Source: Chloroflexota bacterium (lineage in GTDB: Bacteria; Chloroflexota; Limnocylindria; Limnocylindrales; Limnocylindraceae). From it: DNA of 54,304 nucleotides. This document shows positions 10,118 through 19,078 of this stretch, piece after piece. The notes under the pieces were generated by a model, which saw only the letters and a list, made by a program, of their open reading frames with translations, was not told the DNA's origin and ran no database searches. The number at the start of each line of letters is the position of its first letter. Position 1 is the stretch's first letter. The stretch lies in contig JAYQPX010000004.1 in assembly GCA_038145565.1 (NCBI GenBank), positions 1 to 54,304 of the forward strand, written 5' to 3'. Made by a program: the position numbers and the translations under genes.

Positions 10118-10171
10118 GGAGACCAACGGGTAGCGCGAAAGACGCACCGAAGGGAACTCAGAACCCCCGCC
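10107..10171 (+). promoter_or_regulatory. antiterminator of the ilv attenuator
   Basis: GGCGGGG-CTGAG (10107-10118) is complementary to CTCAG (10157-10161) and CCCCGCC (10165-10171), the 5' arm of the terminator. Confidence 0.75.
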
Positions 10172-10192
10172 AGAGAGGCGGGGGTTTCGTGT
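10162..10192 (+). terminator. attenuator intrinsic terminator
   Basis: 10-bp stem AACCCCCGCC / GGCGGGGGTT with an AGAGA loop and a short T-rich tail, about 20 nt upstream of the ilvB ATG. Confidence 0.78.
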
Positions 10193-10210
10193 ACTTAGAG
10201 AGGAGTTGAG

Positions 10211-12115
10211 ATGACGCAAGCGAAGCACGTGCCTGGTGCGGGATCAACCGCGGCACTCGCCTCGGAGCGTGCGCGCAAAGAGATGCTGCGCGATGCGCGC
10301 ATTGAGCGTCGTGGCGGGCCACGTCCACGCATCGGCGCCGATGCACTCTGCGAAGCGCTTCTCCTTCAGGGGAGCACGACCATCTGGGGGTATCCGGGCG
10401 GCGTGATCCTTCCTCTCTACGACGTGCTCGTTGACCATCCTGGACTGCGTCACATTCTCGTCCGACACGAACAGGCCGCGGCACATGCCGCTGATGGATA
10501 CGCGCGCGCATCGGGGAAGGTCGGCGTATGTCTTGGAACGTCGGGTCCTGGTGCGACGAATCTTGTGACCGGAATCGGCACCTCCATGCTCGACTCCGTA
10601 CCCGTGGTCGCGATCACCGGCAACGTTCCTGGCGTCTTGCTTGGGAAAGATGCCTTCCAGGAGATTGATATCACGGGCATCACGCTCCCGATGACAAAGC
10701 ACAACTATCTCGTGCGTAGTGCGGATGAGATCCCGCACGTCATTGCAGAAGCGTTCCATATTGCGCGCAGCGGTCGCCCTGGTCCCGTGCACGTGGACAT
10801 CACGAAAGATGCGCTGATGGGCGAGACGAACGCGCCGCACCCGACGCAAGGTGCGGTGGAGGCGGGCCTCCCTGGATACCGACCGAAGTTGGATGGAAAT
10901 GCGCGGCAGATCAAACTGCTCGCCGAAGCGATAGCTGCCGCCAAGCGGCCGCTCATCCTCGCCGGACACGGTGTGCTCATCGCACAGGGAGAGCGCGAGC
11001 TGCTCGAACTTGCGCGTCAGGCGCAGATTCCGATTGCTTGGACGCTGCTTGGGATTGGCGTGGTGGATGAGAGCGATCCACTCGCATATGGATACATGGG
11101 GATGCACGGATGGAAGCATGTGAATCGCGCCATCCAGTCGTCTGACCTGCTGATTGGGATTGGCATGCGCTATGACGATCGCGTCACCGGCAATGTGCGC
11201 ACCTTCGCCCCATCCGCAAAGATCGTGCATATTGATATTGATCCCGCCGAGATTGGGAAGAATGTCGTTGCAGATATCCCAATCGTGGGTGACGCGAAGC
11301 GCGTGCTCGAAGCGCTGCTTCCAGTGACACAGCGGGTTGAGCCTGCCGCACGCGCCGAATACTTCACGGAACTCGCCGCATGGCGCAAGGAGAGCGAGAG
11401 CTCCGCCTGGCACGGCTCTGGTGGCTGGCGTGATGGCGTTCTCTCCGCCGATTTTGTGGTGGAGCGCATTGCCGCAGGGTCCGGCTACGACGCAAACGTG
11501 ACCGCTGATGTGGGCCAGAACCAGATGTGGGTGGCGCGATACGGTGGCTTCAAGCGTGCAAATTCGCACCTCTCATCGGGTGGCCTCGGTACGATGGGCT
11601 TCGCCCTCCCAGCCGCAATGGGTGCGGCGATCGGCACACCAGAGAAGACCTCGTGGGCGATCGCGGGTGATGGCGGTTTCCAAATGACGCTGCAAGAGTT
11701 GGCCACCATTGTGCAGGAGCGCATCCCTGTGAAGATTGCGCTGATGGACAACAAGAAGCTCGGCATGATCCGCCAGTGGCAGGAGATCGTCTACGCCGGC
11801 AACTACCACTCTGAACAACTTGCGGGACCCGACTATCTGAAACTCTGCGAGGCATACGGGCTCCCGGCATGGAAAGTCGCCAAGCCCGAAGAGGTGGATG
11901 CCGCGGTTGCGGCCGCACTCGCCGTGGATGGACCTGCGCTGATCTGGTTCGAGATCGCAGAGCGGCAGAACGTCTATCCAATGATGCCGGCGGGGAAGGG
12001 CCTCTCGGACCTCATCGACAAGTGGGGCGACGACGGGGAGGATGTCACCGAAGGGTCGAGCGGTCCCCGCCTTGATCCAACAGATCCGAACGCACCGAAG
12101 GGTGGTACCGAGTGA
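10211..12115 (+). CDS. ilvB: acetolactate synthase large subunit
   Basis: GYPGG, RHEQ, TSGPGATN, FQEID, HLSSGGLGTMGF and the ThDP motif GDGGFQM...N. AGGAG RBS. Confidence 0.97.
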   Translation: MTQAKHVPGAGSTAALASERARKEMLRDARIERRGGPRPRIGADALCEALLLQGSTTIWGYPGGVILPLYDVLVDHPGLRHILVRHEQAAAHAADGYARASGKVGVCLGTSGPGATNLVTGIGTSMLDSVPVVAITGNVPGVLLGKDAFQEIDITGITLPMTKHNYLVRSADEIPHVIAEAFHIARSGRPGPVHVDITKDALMGETNAPHPTQGAVEAGLPGYRPKLDGNARQIKLLAEAIAAAKRPLILAGHGVLIAQGERELLELARQAQIPIAWTLLGIGVVDESDPLAYGYMGMHGWKHVNRAIQSSDLLIGIGMRYDDRVTGNVRTFAPSAKIVHIDIDPAEIGKNVVADIPIVGDAKRVLEALLPVTQRVEPAARAEYFTELAAWRKESESSAWHGSGGWRDGVLSADFVVERIAAGSGYDANVTADVGQNQMWVARYGGFKRANSHLSSGGLGTMGFALPAAMGAAIGTPEKTSWAIAGDGGFQMTLQELATIVQERIPVKIALMDNKKLGMIRQWQEIVYAGNYHSEQLAGPDYLKLCEAYGLPAWKVAKPEEVDAAVAAALAVDGPALIWFEIAERQNVYPMMPAGKGLSDLIDKWGDDGEDVTEGSSGPRLDPTDPNAPKGGTE

Positions 12116-12684
12116 GCGGCGCACCGAAAGGCGCAGCAGGCGCGGCACCCGCACGAGCACTCCCAGGCTCAGGTGATGAACGTCGCCACCTGATCGTGGC
12201 GATCGTGAACAACCGTCCCGGTGTGTTGAATCGCGTGGCCAGCCTGATGCGCGCTCGCAACTTCAACATTGAGTCGCTCGCCGTCTCCGCGACCGAGCGG
12301 AGCGACACGTCGCGTATGACGTTGACAATCGTTGGCGACGAGGTGCACGTGGAGCAGGCGACGAAGCAGCTCTACAAGTTGATCGATGTCCTCAAGGTGC
12401 AGGACGTGACCGACGAGGCGATCGTTGAGCACGAACTGGCCCTGATCAAGGTCCGCGTGACTGGCAAGAGCCGCCCTGAGGTCGTGAGCATCGCCGAGAT
12501 GCATCACGGCCGCGTGGTGGATCTGAGCGACGACGCGGTGATCGTGGAAGTCGTGGGTGAGCCCAGCGAGGTGGACCGAGTGGTCGAACTCCTTCGGGAG
12601 TTCGGAATCAAGGAGCTGGTGCGAACCGGCTCAGTAGTGATGTCCCGCGGCAGCGGGTCAATTGAGGAGCAGGTGAAGCGATGA
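12112..12684 (+). CDS. ilvN: acetolactate synthase small regulatory subunit
   Basis: NRPGVLNRVASLMRARNFNIESL ACT domain; ELVRTG C-terminus. Confidence 0.95.
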   Translation: MSGAPKGAAGAAPARALPGSGDERRHLIVAIVNNRPGVLNRVASLMRARNFNIESLAVSATERSDTSRMTLTIVGDEVHVEQATKQLYKLIDVLKVQDVTDEAIVEHELALIKVRVTGKSRPEVVSIAEMHHGRVVDLSDDAVIVEVVGEPSEVDRVVELLREFGIKELVRTGSVVMSRGSGSIEEQVKR

Positions 12685-13730
12685 GTTTCAAGATGTACTA
12701 CAGCGCCGAAGCACCGTTCACGAGCATCGAGAAGCAGCAGATTGCGGTTGTTGGCTATGGGAGCCAGGGCCATGCGCATGCGAAGAACCTGAAGGAGTCG
12801 GGACTCAACGTGATCGTCGCACTCGCCGAAGGCTCAAAGAGCCGCGCCGTTGCACAGGCGGACGGCTTTGAGGTGGTGACCGCCGCTGAGGCGGCGAAGC
12901 GCGCTGACGTGATCATGATCGCCATTCCGGACACTGCTCAGAAGAAGATGTACGAGGCGGAGATTGCGCCGAACATCAAGCCTGGTGCGCTCCTCCTCTT
13001 CGCACACGGGTTCAACATTCACTTCAAGCGCATCTCGCCTGCAGAGGGAATCGATGTCGGCATGGTTGCGCCGAAAGGTCCAGGGCACCTAGTCCGCTCT
13101 GTCTATGTCTCAGGCGGCGGCGTCCCCGCACTCTTTGCTGTGCATCAGGACGCAACGGGGACCGCTCGCGCGCGCGTGATGGCGTACGCAAACGGACTCG
13201 GGTGCACGCGCGCGGGAATCATGGAGACAACCTTCAAGGATGAGACGGAGAGCGACCTCTTCGGTGAGCAGGCGGTGCTCTGCGGTGGTACTGCGCAGCT
13301 CGTGAAGAGCGCGTGGGAGACGCTGGTTGAGGCCGGCTACGATCCGCAGCTCGCCTACTTCGAGACAATGCACGAGCTGAAGCTGATCGTAGACTTGATG
13401 TACCGCGGCGGTCTCGACTTCATGCGCTTCTCGATCTCGGACACTGCGGAGTACGGTGACTATGTCTCCGGGCCACGCATCATTGACGCGTCAGTCAAGG
13501 CGCGCATGAAGGAGGTTCTCAACGAGATCCAGGACGGCACGTTCGCCAAGGGCTGGATCGCTGAGGATGAGGCGGGTCGACCGAACTACAAGAAGTTGCG
13601 CGCCGCAAACTCTGGGCACCCAATCGAGAAGGTTGGCCGAGAGCTTCGTCGCCAGATGACCTTCCTCAACCCTGTTGAGGTCGACATTGACGGTGCACAG
13701 GGCGCTGCGGAGAAGGGCGCTGGCAAGTGA
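12681..13730 (+). CDS. ilvC: ketol-acid reductoisomerase
   Basis: GYGSQGHAHA, APKGPGHLVR, ESDLFGEQAVLCGG and SISDTAEYG motifs. Confidence 0.97.
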   Translation: MSFKMYYSAEAPFTSIEKQQIAVVGYGSQGHAHAKNLKESGLNVIVALAEGSKSRAVAQADGFEVVTAAEAAKRADVIMIAIPDTAQKKMYEAEIAPNIKPGALLLFAHGFNIHFKRISPAEGIDVGMVAPKGPGHLVRSVYVSGGGVPALFAVHQDATGTARARVMAYANGLGCTRAGIMETTFKDETESDLFGEQAVLCGGTAQLVKSAWETLVEAGYDPQLAYFETMHELKLIVDLMYRGGLDFMRFSISDTAEYGDYVSGPRIIDASVKARMKEVLNEIQDGTFAKGWIAEDEAGRPNYKKLRAANSGHPIEKVGRELRRQMTFLNPVEVDIDGAQGAAEKGAGK

Positions 13731-15367
13731 ACGGCGCACCTGGACCCGGCGTCGCCACCGGTGCCGTTCGCATCTTCGACACCACGCTACGTGACGGTGA
13801 GCAGGCGCCCGGCGCTGGCCTCACCGTTGCGGAGAAGCTGGAGGTTGCGCGGCAGCTCGCCAAGCTGAAGGTGGACGTCATCGAGGCCGGCTTCCCAGCC
13901 GCCTCAGAGGGCGACTTCGAGGCGGTGCGCCAGATCGCCGAGTCAACGAAGGGGATCGGCATTGCCGCGCTCGCGCGCTGCAAAGATGGCGACCCGCAGC
14001 GGGCAATCGACGCGATCAAGGCCTCGGACCGGCCGCACTTGCACCTCTTCATTGCAACCTCAGATATCCATTTGACGCACAAGCTACGCACCACGCGCGA
14101 GGCGGCGCTTGCGGAGGCGGTGAGGTGGGTGAAGTACGCGCGCGAGCGACTCGGGCGCGACGCTGAAGTGGAGTTCTCCGCCGAAGATGCGAGCCGCACG
14201 GATTATGACTATCTGATGCAGGTGTACGAGGCGGTGGTGAGTGCCGGTGCCACCACGGTCAACATCCCAGACACCGTGGGTTACGCCATCCCATCTGAGT
14301 ATGCGGCGCTCACCAAGCGCGTCGTTGACCTGGTCGGCCGCGATGCCACCATCAGCGTCCACTGTCATAACGACCTTGGCCTCGCCACCGCAAACACGCT
14401 CGCCGCCGTCCAGGCAGGGGCGCGCCAGGTGGAGGTCACCATCAACGGGCTCGGCGAGCGCGCGGGTAACGCGTCACTTGAAGAAGTAGTGATGGCGCTG
14501 CGAACGCGACCGGGTCAGTTTGAATCGCACGACATCCGCGTCCAGACCGAACAGCTCACCGCCGCGAGTCGCTTGGTGAGCTACCTCACCGGATTCGCCG
14601 TGCAGCCGAACAAGGCGATCGTTGGCGCAAACGCGTTCGCGCACGAGTCGGGGATCCATCAGGACGGCGTGCTGAAGAACCCGCTCACCTACGAGATCAT
14701 GACGCCGCAGTCGGTTGGCCTGCTCGGCTCATCACTCACGATCGGCAAGCTCTCCGGACGACGCGGACTCCAGGCGAAGCTCACCGAACTCGGGCACGAC
14801 CTCACCGGCGAGGCGCTCGACGCGCTCTACCGCGAAGCGATCGCGCTCGCTGACATCAAGAAGGAGCTCACCGACGCCGACCTGATCGCACTCGTGGACA
14901 AGCGTGCCGCCACCGGGAGCGCGGCAACCATTGAACTGCTCGATTGGAGTGTTGCCTCGTCGCGAGGTGGCGGCTCGTCTGGTCGCGTGGAGGTGCGCAT
15001 CAACGGTGAAGAGCAGAAGGCCGAGGCCTCCGGCAATGGGCCTGTTGATGCGCTCTATGAGGCGATCGACCTTGCGATCGAACCATCACTCGGCTGGCGG
15101 CCAAACCTGTCTGAGTACGAGATTCGTGCCGTATCCGAGGGTGAAGATGCACAGGGACAGGTCTCTGTGAAGTGCCGACGCTCCATTGATGTGGATGCGG
15201 CAGGGAAGCCGCTTCCGGAGACGAGCATTGTCAGCGGCCAGGGGTTGAGCGTGAACATTATTGATGCCTCGCTTGTGGCGTATATCACCGCAGCGAACAA
15301 GCTCGCGGCAATCTCCTCTGGCGCACCGAGCGCCCCCACGAAGGGATCGCGCGAGGCGATGCAGTGA
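13727..15367 (+). CDS. leuA: 2-isopropylmalate synthase
   Basis: DTTLRDGEQ, HCHNDLG, GLGERAGNA and HESGIHQDG motifs; C-terminal regulatory domain with GNGPVDA. Confidence 0.96.
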   Translation: MNGAPGPGVATGAVRIFDTTLRDGEQAPGAGLTVAEKLEVARQLAKLKVDVIEAGFPAASEGDFEAVRQIAESTKGIGIAALARCKDGDPQRAIDAIKASDRPHLHLFIATSDIHLTHKLRTTREAALAEAVRWVKYARERLGRDAEVEFSAEDASRTDYDYLMQVYEAVVSAGATTVNIPDTVGYAIPSEYAALTKRVVDLVGRDATISVHCHNDLGLATANTLAAVQAGARQVEVTINGLGERAGNASLEEVVMALRTRPGQFESHDIRVQTEQLTAASRLVSYLTGFAVQPNKAIVGANAFAHESGIHQDGVLKNPLTYEIMTPQSVGLLGSSLTIGKLSGRRGLQAKLTELGHDLTGEALDALYREAIALADIKKELTDADLIALVDKRAATGSAATIELLDWSVASSRGGGSSGRVEVRINGEEQKAEASGNGPVDALYEAIDLAIEPSLGWRPNLSEYEIRAVSEGEDAQGQVSVKCRRSIDVDAAGKPLPETSIVSGQGLSVNIIDASLVAYITAANKLAAISSGAPSAPTKGSREAMQ

Positions 15368-16554
15368 ACACGCTCACTCAACAGGAAGCTCTCGCGCAGC
15401 GTGCGCGGAGTGGGGAGTACGACCATCTGATCGTCACCGCCCCTGGAGATGGCGTGGGGCCAGATGTCGTTGGGGCGGCACGTCGCGTTCTTGATGCCGC
15501 AGGCAGTCGCTTCGGATTCCGTATCCAGTGGCAGGAGATTGCCGCGGGCGGGTGCGCGATCGATGCGCACGGTGTGGCGATCCGCGAAGAGGATTTGCAG
15601 GTTGCAGACAGCGCAGATGCCATCCTTCTCGGCGCCGTCGGCGGACCACAGTGGGACAACCCGAACGCCAGCGTTCGACCAGAGCAGGCGCTCTTTGCGT
15701 TGCGCACCCGCTACGAACTCTTCGCCAACCTCCGTCCCGTCACTATCCTCCCAGAACTGTACGACGCGTCCCCGCTCAAGTCGGAGCGACTCGTTGGCGT
15801 CGACCTCATGATGGTGCGCGAACTGACTGGCGGCCTCTACTTCGGCAAGCCGTCTGGCGAAGAGGTGACGCCGAGCGGTCGACGCGCCGTGGACACGCTC
15901 CCGTATCACGAAGATGAGATTCGCCGCATCGCGGTGGTCGCCTTCGAACTCGCGCGCACGCGCAGCAAGCGCCTCGCATCTATTGACAAGGCGAACGTCC
16001 TCGCCACCAGTCGCCTCTGGCGCAAGGTTGTGACTGAGGTCGGTGCCGAATATCCCGACGTGAAACTGGAGCACCGTCTGGTGGACTCTACGGCGATGCT
16101 CCTCGCTACCTGGCCAGCAACGCTCGACGTGATCGTCACCGAGAATCTCTTCGGCGATATCCTCTCCGATGAAGCGGCGGTTCTTGCCGGTTCGCTCGGC
16201 ATGCTCCCCTCGGCGTCGCTCGGCACCAAGCGCACCGCACACGGCACCTTCGGGCTCTACGAGCCGATCCACGGTTCGGCCCCAGACATTGCGGGGAAGA
16301 ATCTGGCGAATCCGATCGGCACCATTCTCTCAGGCGCAATGATGTTGCGCGAGTCGCTCGGTCACGCCGATGCCGCACTCGCCGTTGAGGCGGCGGTTGC
16401 CGCCGCCGTGCGCGCGGGTGCGCGGACCGCCGATCTTGCAGGCGGCGCGGATGCTGCGGCGCTCAAGGCGGCTGGCCTGACGCTCGTCGGCACGCGTGAG
16501 GCAACCGACCTCATTGTTGAGCAGGTGCTGAACCTCAATGGTGGCGCGCAATGA
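15364..16554 (+). CDS. leuB: 3-isopropylmalate dehydrogenase
   Basis: GDGVGPDV, LLGAVGGP, NLFGDILSDE and EPIHGSAPDIAG motifs. Confidence 0.96.
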   Translation: MNTLTQQEALAQRARSGEYDHLIVTAPGDGVGPDVVGAARRVLDAAGSRFGFRIQWQEIAAGGCAIDAHGVAIREEDLQVADSADAILLGAVGGPQWDNPNASVRPEQALFALRTRYELFANLRPVTILPELYDASPLKSERLVGVDLMMVRELTGGLYFGKPSGEEVTPSGRRAVDTLPYHEDEIRRIAVVAFELARTRSKRLASIDKANVLATSRLWRKVVTEVGAEYPDVKLEHRLVDSTAMLLATWPATLDVIVTENLFGDILSDEAAVLAGSLGMLPSASLGTKRTAHGTFGLYEPIHGSAPDIAGKNLANPIGTILSGAMMLRESLGHADAALAVEAAVAAAVRAGARTADLAGGADAAALKAAGLTLVGTREATDLIVEQVLNLNGGAQ

Positions 16555-18203
16555 GCGGTGTGTTGGGCGGCGATAAGGAGCCGGTCCTTCTCTACGACAC
16601 CACCCTGCGTGATGGTGCGCAGCGCGAGGGTCTCGTCCTCTCACTCCAAGACAAGCTTCGCATTGCGCGTGCCCTCGATGAGTTCGGCATGCCAGCGATC
16701 GAGGGTGGTTGGCCAGGGTCGAATCCGAAGGACATCGAATTCTTCGCGGCGGCGAAGAAGGTCCGCTGGGAGCGCGCCAAGCTCGCCGCCTTCGGCAGCA
16801 CGCGCCACAAGTCGAACCGACCAGAGAGCGACCCGAACCTGAACGCGCTCTTGGATGCAGAGACGCCGATCGTCACCATCTTCGGGAAGAGCTGGACGCT
16901 GCACGTGGATGAGGTGATTGAGGCAACGCGCGCAGAGAACCTCGCCATGATCGCCGAGAGCATTGGCTATGTTGCTGAGCGAGGACGCGAGCTGGTGTAC
17001 GACGCGGAACACTTCTTCGACGGGTATGAGGCCGATTCCGCCTATGCGCTGGATACCCTGCGTGCGGCACGCGATGCGGGCGCATCCACGCTGGTGCTCT
17101 GCGACACGAACGGTGGAACCTTGACCAGCCGCATGAGTGAGATCGTGCGCGATGCGCGCGCGAAGCTGGCGGCAGACAAGGGTGCCCGTGACGTGATCTT
17201 GGGGATCCACTCACATAACGATGCCGAGCTCGCCGTTGCGAACGCCCTCGCAGCGGTCGATGCTGGCGTGCGCCACGTGCAGGCCACCATCAACGGATAC
17301 GGGGAGCGTGCAGGGAACGCGAATATGGTCTCCCTCATGGCGAACCTCGCCCTCAAGAGCGAACACAAGGTGGTGGGTGCAGATCGACTCGCCGACCTCT
17401 CGACGCTTTCGCACGAGGTTGCGGAGATCGCGAACCTTGCTCCAGATGACCATCAGCCGTACGTTGGGCGTTCCGCGTTTGCGCATAAGGGTGGCGTGCA
17501 CGGCGCGGCACAGTTGAAGACGCCGCGCGCCTATCAGCACATTGATCCCGCACTCGTGGGGAATCGTGGCCGCTTGGTCGTCTCAGAGCTCGGCGGGAAG
17601 GCGAACACGGGGAGCCGCGCCGCAGAGCTCGGCGTGGAGCTCGCAAACTCTGGCCTCGACTCGAAGACGCTCTCGGCACTCGTCAAGGAGATGGAGGCGG
17701 GCGGCGCAAGCTACGAAGGTGCAGAGGCGTCGTTCGAACTGCTCGTTGAACGCCACAAGCCCGGGTACTCCGCACCATTCAAGATCATGGACTTCACGGT
17801 GATCGTGGAGCAGCACGAAGGGAGCGCCTCTCGCGCGCAGGCAACGGTGCGCGTGCAGGTTGGCGACGAGGATCTGCACACTGCATCCGATGGGAACGGC
17901 CCCGTGAACGCGCTCGACCGCGCGCTTCGCAAGGGGCTCGGTGCCTTCTATCCGCAGCTGGATGCGGTGCACCTTGTGGACTACAAGGTGCGCATCCTTG
18001 ATGGCGAATCCGCCACGGGTGCCAAGACGCGCGTGGTGATTGAATCGGTGGCTGGCGGCAACGCCTGGTCCACCATGGGCGTGGGCGAGAACATCATCGC
18101 TGCATCGGCGCTCGCCCTCGCAGATTCGTTGGAGTATGCGCTGCTCAAGGGTGACGCCGCGGTTGCGCGCCGATCTGAGCGCAATGTCCCGGGCCCGCGC
18201 TGA
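16551..18203 (+). CDS. cimA: citramalate synthase (LeuA-like)
   Basis: DTTLRDGAQREG, GGWPGSNPKD, YDAEHFFDG and AFAHKGGVH motifs typical of the bacterial CimA family. Confidence 0.88.
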   Translation: MSGVLGGDKEPVLLYDTTLRDGAQREGLVLSLQDKLRIARALDEFGMPAIEGGWPGSNPKDIEFFAAAKKVRWERAKLAAFGSTRHKSNRPESDPNLNALLDAETPIVTIFGKSWTLHVDEVIEATRAENLAMIAESIGYVAERGRELVYDAEHFFDGYEADSAYALDTLRAARDAGASTLVLCDTNGGTLTSRMSEIVRDARAKLAADKGARDVILGIHSHNDAELAVANALAAVDAGVRHVQATINGYGERAGNANMVSLMANLALKSEHKVVGADRLADLSTLSHEVAEIANLAPDDHQPYVGRSAFAHKGGVHGAAQLKTPRAYQHIDPALVGNRGRLVVSELGGKANTGSRAAELGVELANSGLDSKTLSALVKEMEAGGASYEGAEASFELLVERHKPGYSAPFKIMDFTVIVEQHEGSASRAQATVRVQVGDEDLHTASDGNGPVNALDRALRKGLGAFYPQLDAVHLVDYKVRILDGESATGAKTRVVIESVAGGNAWSTMGVGENIIAASALALADSLEYALLKGDAAVARRSERNVPGPR

Positions 18204-19048
18204 TGGGTGAGAACGTCCGCGTTGCGTATTCGGGTGAGCCCGGCGCATTCGCAGAGGATGCACTCATCGCCTTCTTTGGTGAGTCAGCGAACAGTCTCCC
18301 CGTTGGCTCGTTCGGAGAGGTTCGCGAAGCGCTCCTAGACGGGCGCGCACAGTTTGGCATCCTTCCGATCGAAAACTTGGTGAACGGCACTGTTCGTGAA
18401 ACGCTCGATTTGGTTCGCGACGGTGCCCTCAAGATTGTGGGGGAGGCAGTCGTTCCCGTAAACCTCGTCCTTGCTGCGCTCCCTGGTGTCACCATCGATG
18501 AGGTGACACGCGTCTACAGTCACGCCCAGGCACTCGCGCAATCCGAACCGTTCTTGCGCACGCGAGGATGGCAGTTGCTCTCCACATACAACACGGCGGG
18601 AGCGGGTGCCTCAATCCGTGAACGAAGTGAGCGCGATGCGGCTGCTGTCCTCTCTCCTCGCGCAGCGAAGCTGCACGGTCTGGTGGAGCTTGCGAGTGGC
18701 ATCGAGCGAGATCCAGGGAACCGCACGCGCTTCTGGGTGTTGCGCTCCTCAGGGAGTACCGCTGAGGTGAGTGCACGCGCAGGTGCGCCGCGCAGCACCC
18801 TTTTGGTTGGCGTACGAAATGAGCCGGGGACCCTGCTTGCGGTGCTGCAGAAGTTTGCTGCGGCTGGCGTGAACATGAGCAAACTTGAATCGCGACCGAG
18901 CCAAGGGGGCGACTGGGAGTACGTCTTCTGGATCGATCTTGACGCCGATGCGAGTGAGCCTGCGCTCCAGGGCGTACTTCGGGAGCTGGAGGCGGTGACG
19001 AGCGAACTGCGCATCTTGGGGAGTTATCCGCGCAGCGAAGCGCTCTAA
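18203..19048 (+). CDS. pheA: prephenate dehydratase
   Basis: GEPGAFAE, LPIEN, SHAQALAQ and NRTRF motifs; ACT domain with KLESRP. Confidence 0.93.
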   Translation: MGENVRVAYSGEPGAFAEDALIAFFGESANSLPVGSFGEVREALLDGRAQFGILPIENLVNGTVRETLDLVRDGALKIVGEAVVPVNLVLAALPGVTIDEVTRVYSHAQALAQSEPFLRTRGWQLLSTYNTAGAGASIRERSERDAAAVLSPRAAKLHGLVELASGIERDPGNRTRFWVLRSSGSTAEVSARAGAPRSTLLVGVRNEPGTLLAVLQKFAAAGVNMSKLESRPSQGGDWEYVFWIDLDADASEPALQGVLRELEAVTSELRILGSYPRSEAL

Positions 19049-19078
19049 GTGGCCACACGACTCCGCTAGACTCCCAGC

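Noticed and set aside
10168-10180. PyrR-like CCAGAGAGG loop in the ilv terminator
   Set aside because: Fully explained as the terminator hairpin loop; it lacks the PyrR internal-loop architecture and a pyrimidine context.
10244-11569. Long antisense ORFs (also 15055-16272, 26926-27930, 31039-32079 and many shorter ones)
   Set aside because: Shadow frames of well-supported genes in high-GC DNA, with no motifs, RBS or promoter.
10142-12102. 13-nt direct repeat ACGCACCGAAGGG (10142-10154 and 12090-12102)
   Set aside because: Several 13-mer repeats are expected by chance in 54 kb of GC-rich DNA, and there is no shared structure.
12098-12110. T-box-like sequence AAGGGTGGTACCG at the ilvB-ilvN junction
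   Set aside because: It lies within ilvB codons (K-G-G-T-E), with no stem I/specifier loop upstream, no terminator downstream, and ilvN starting immediately after.
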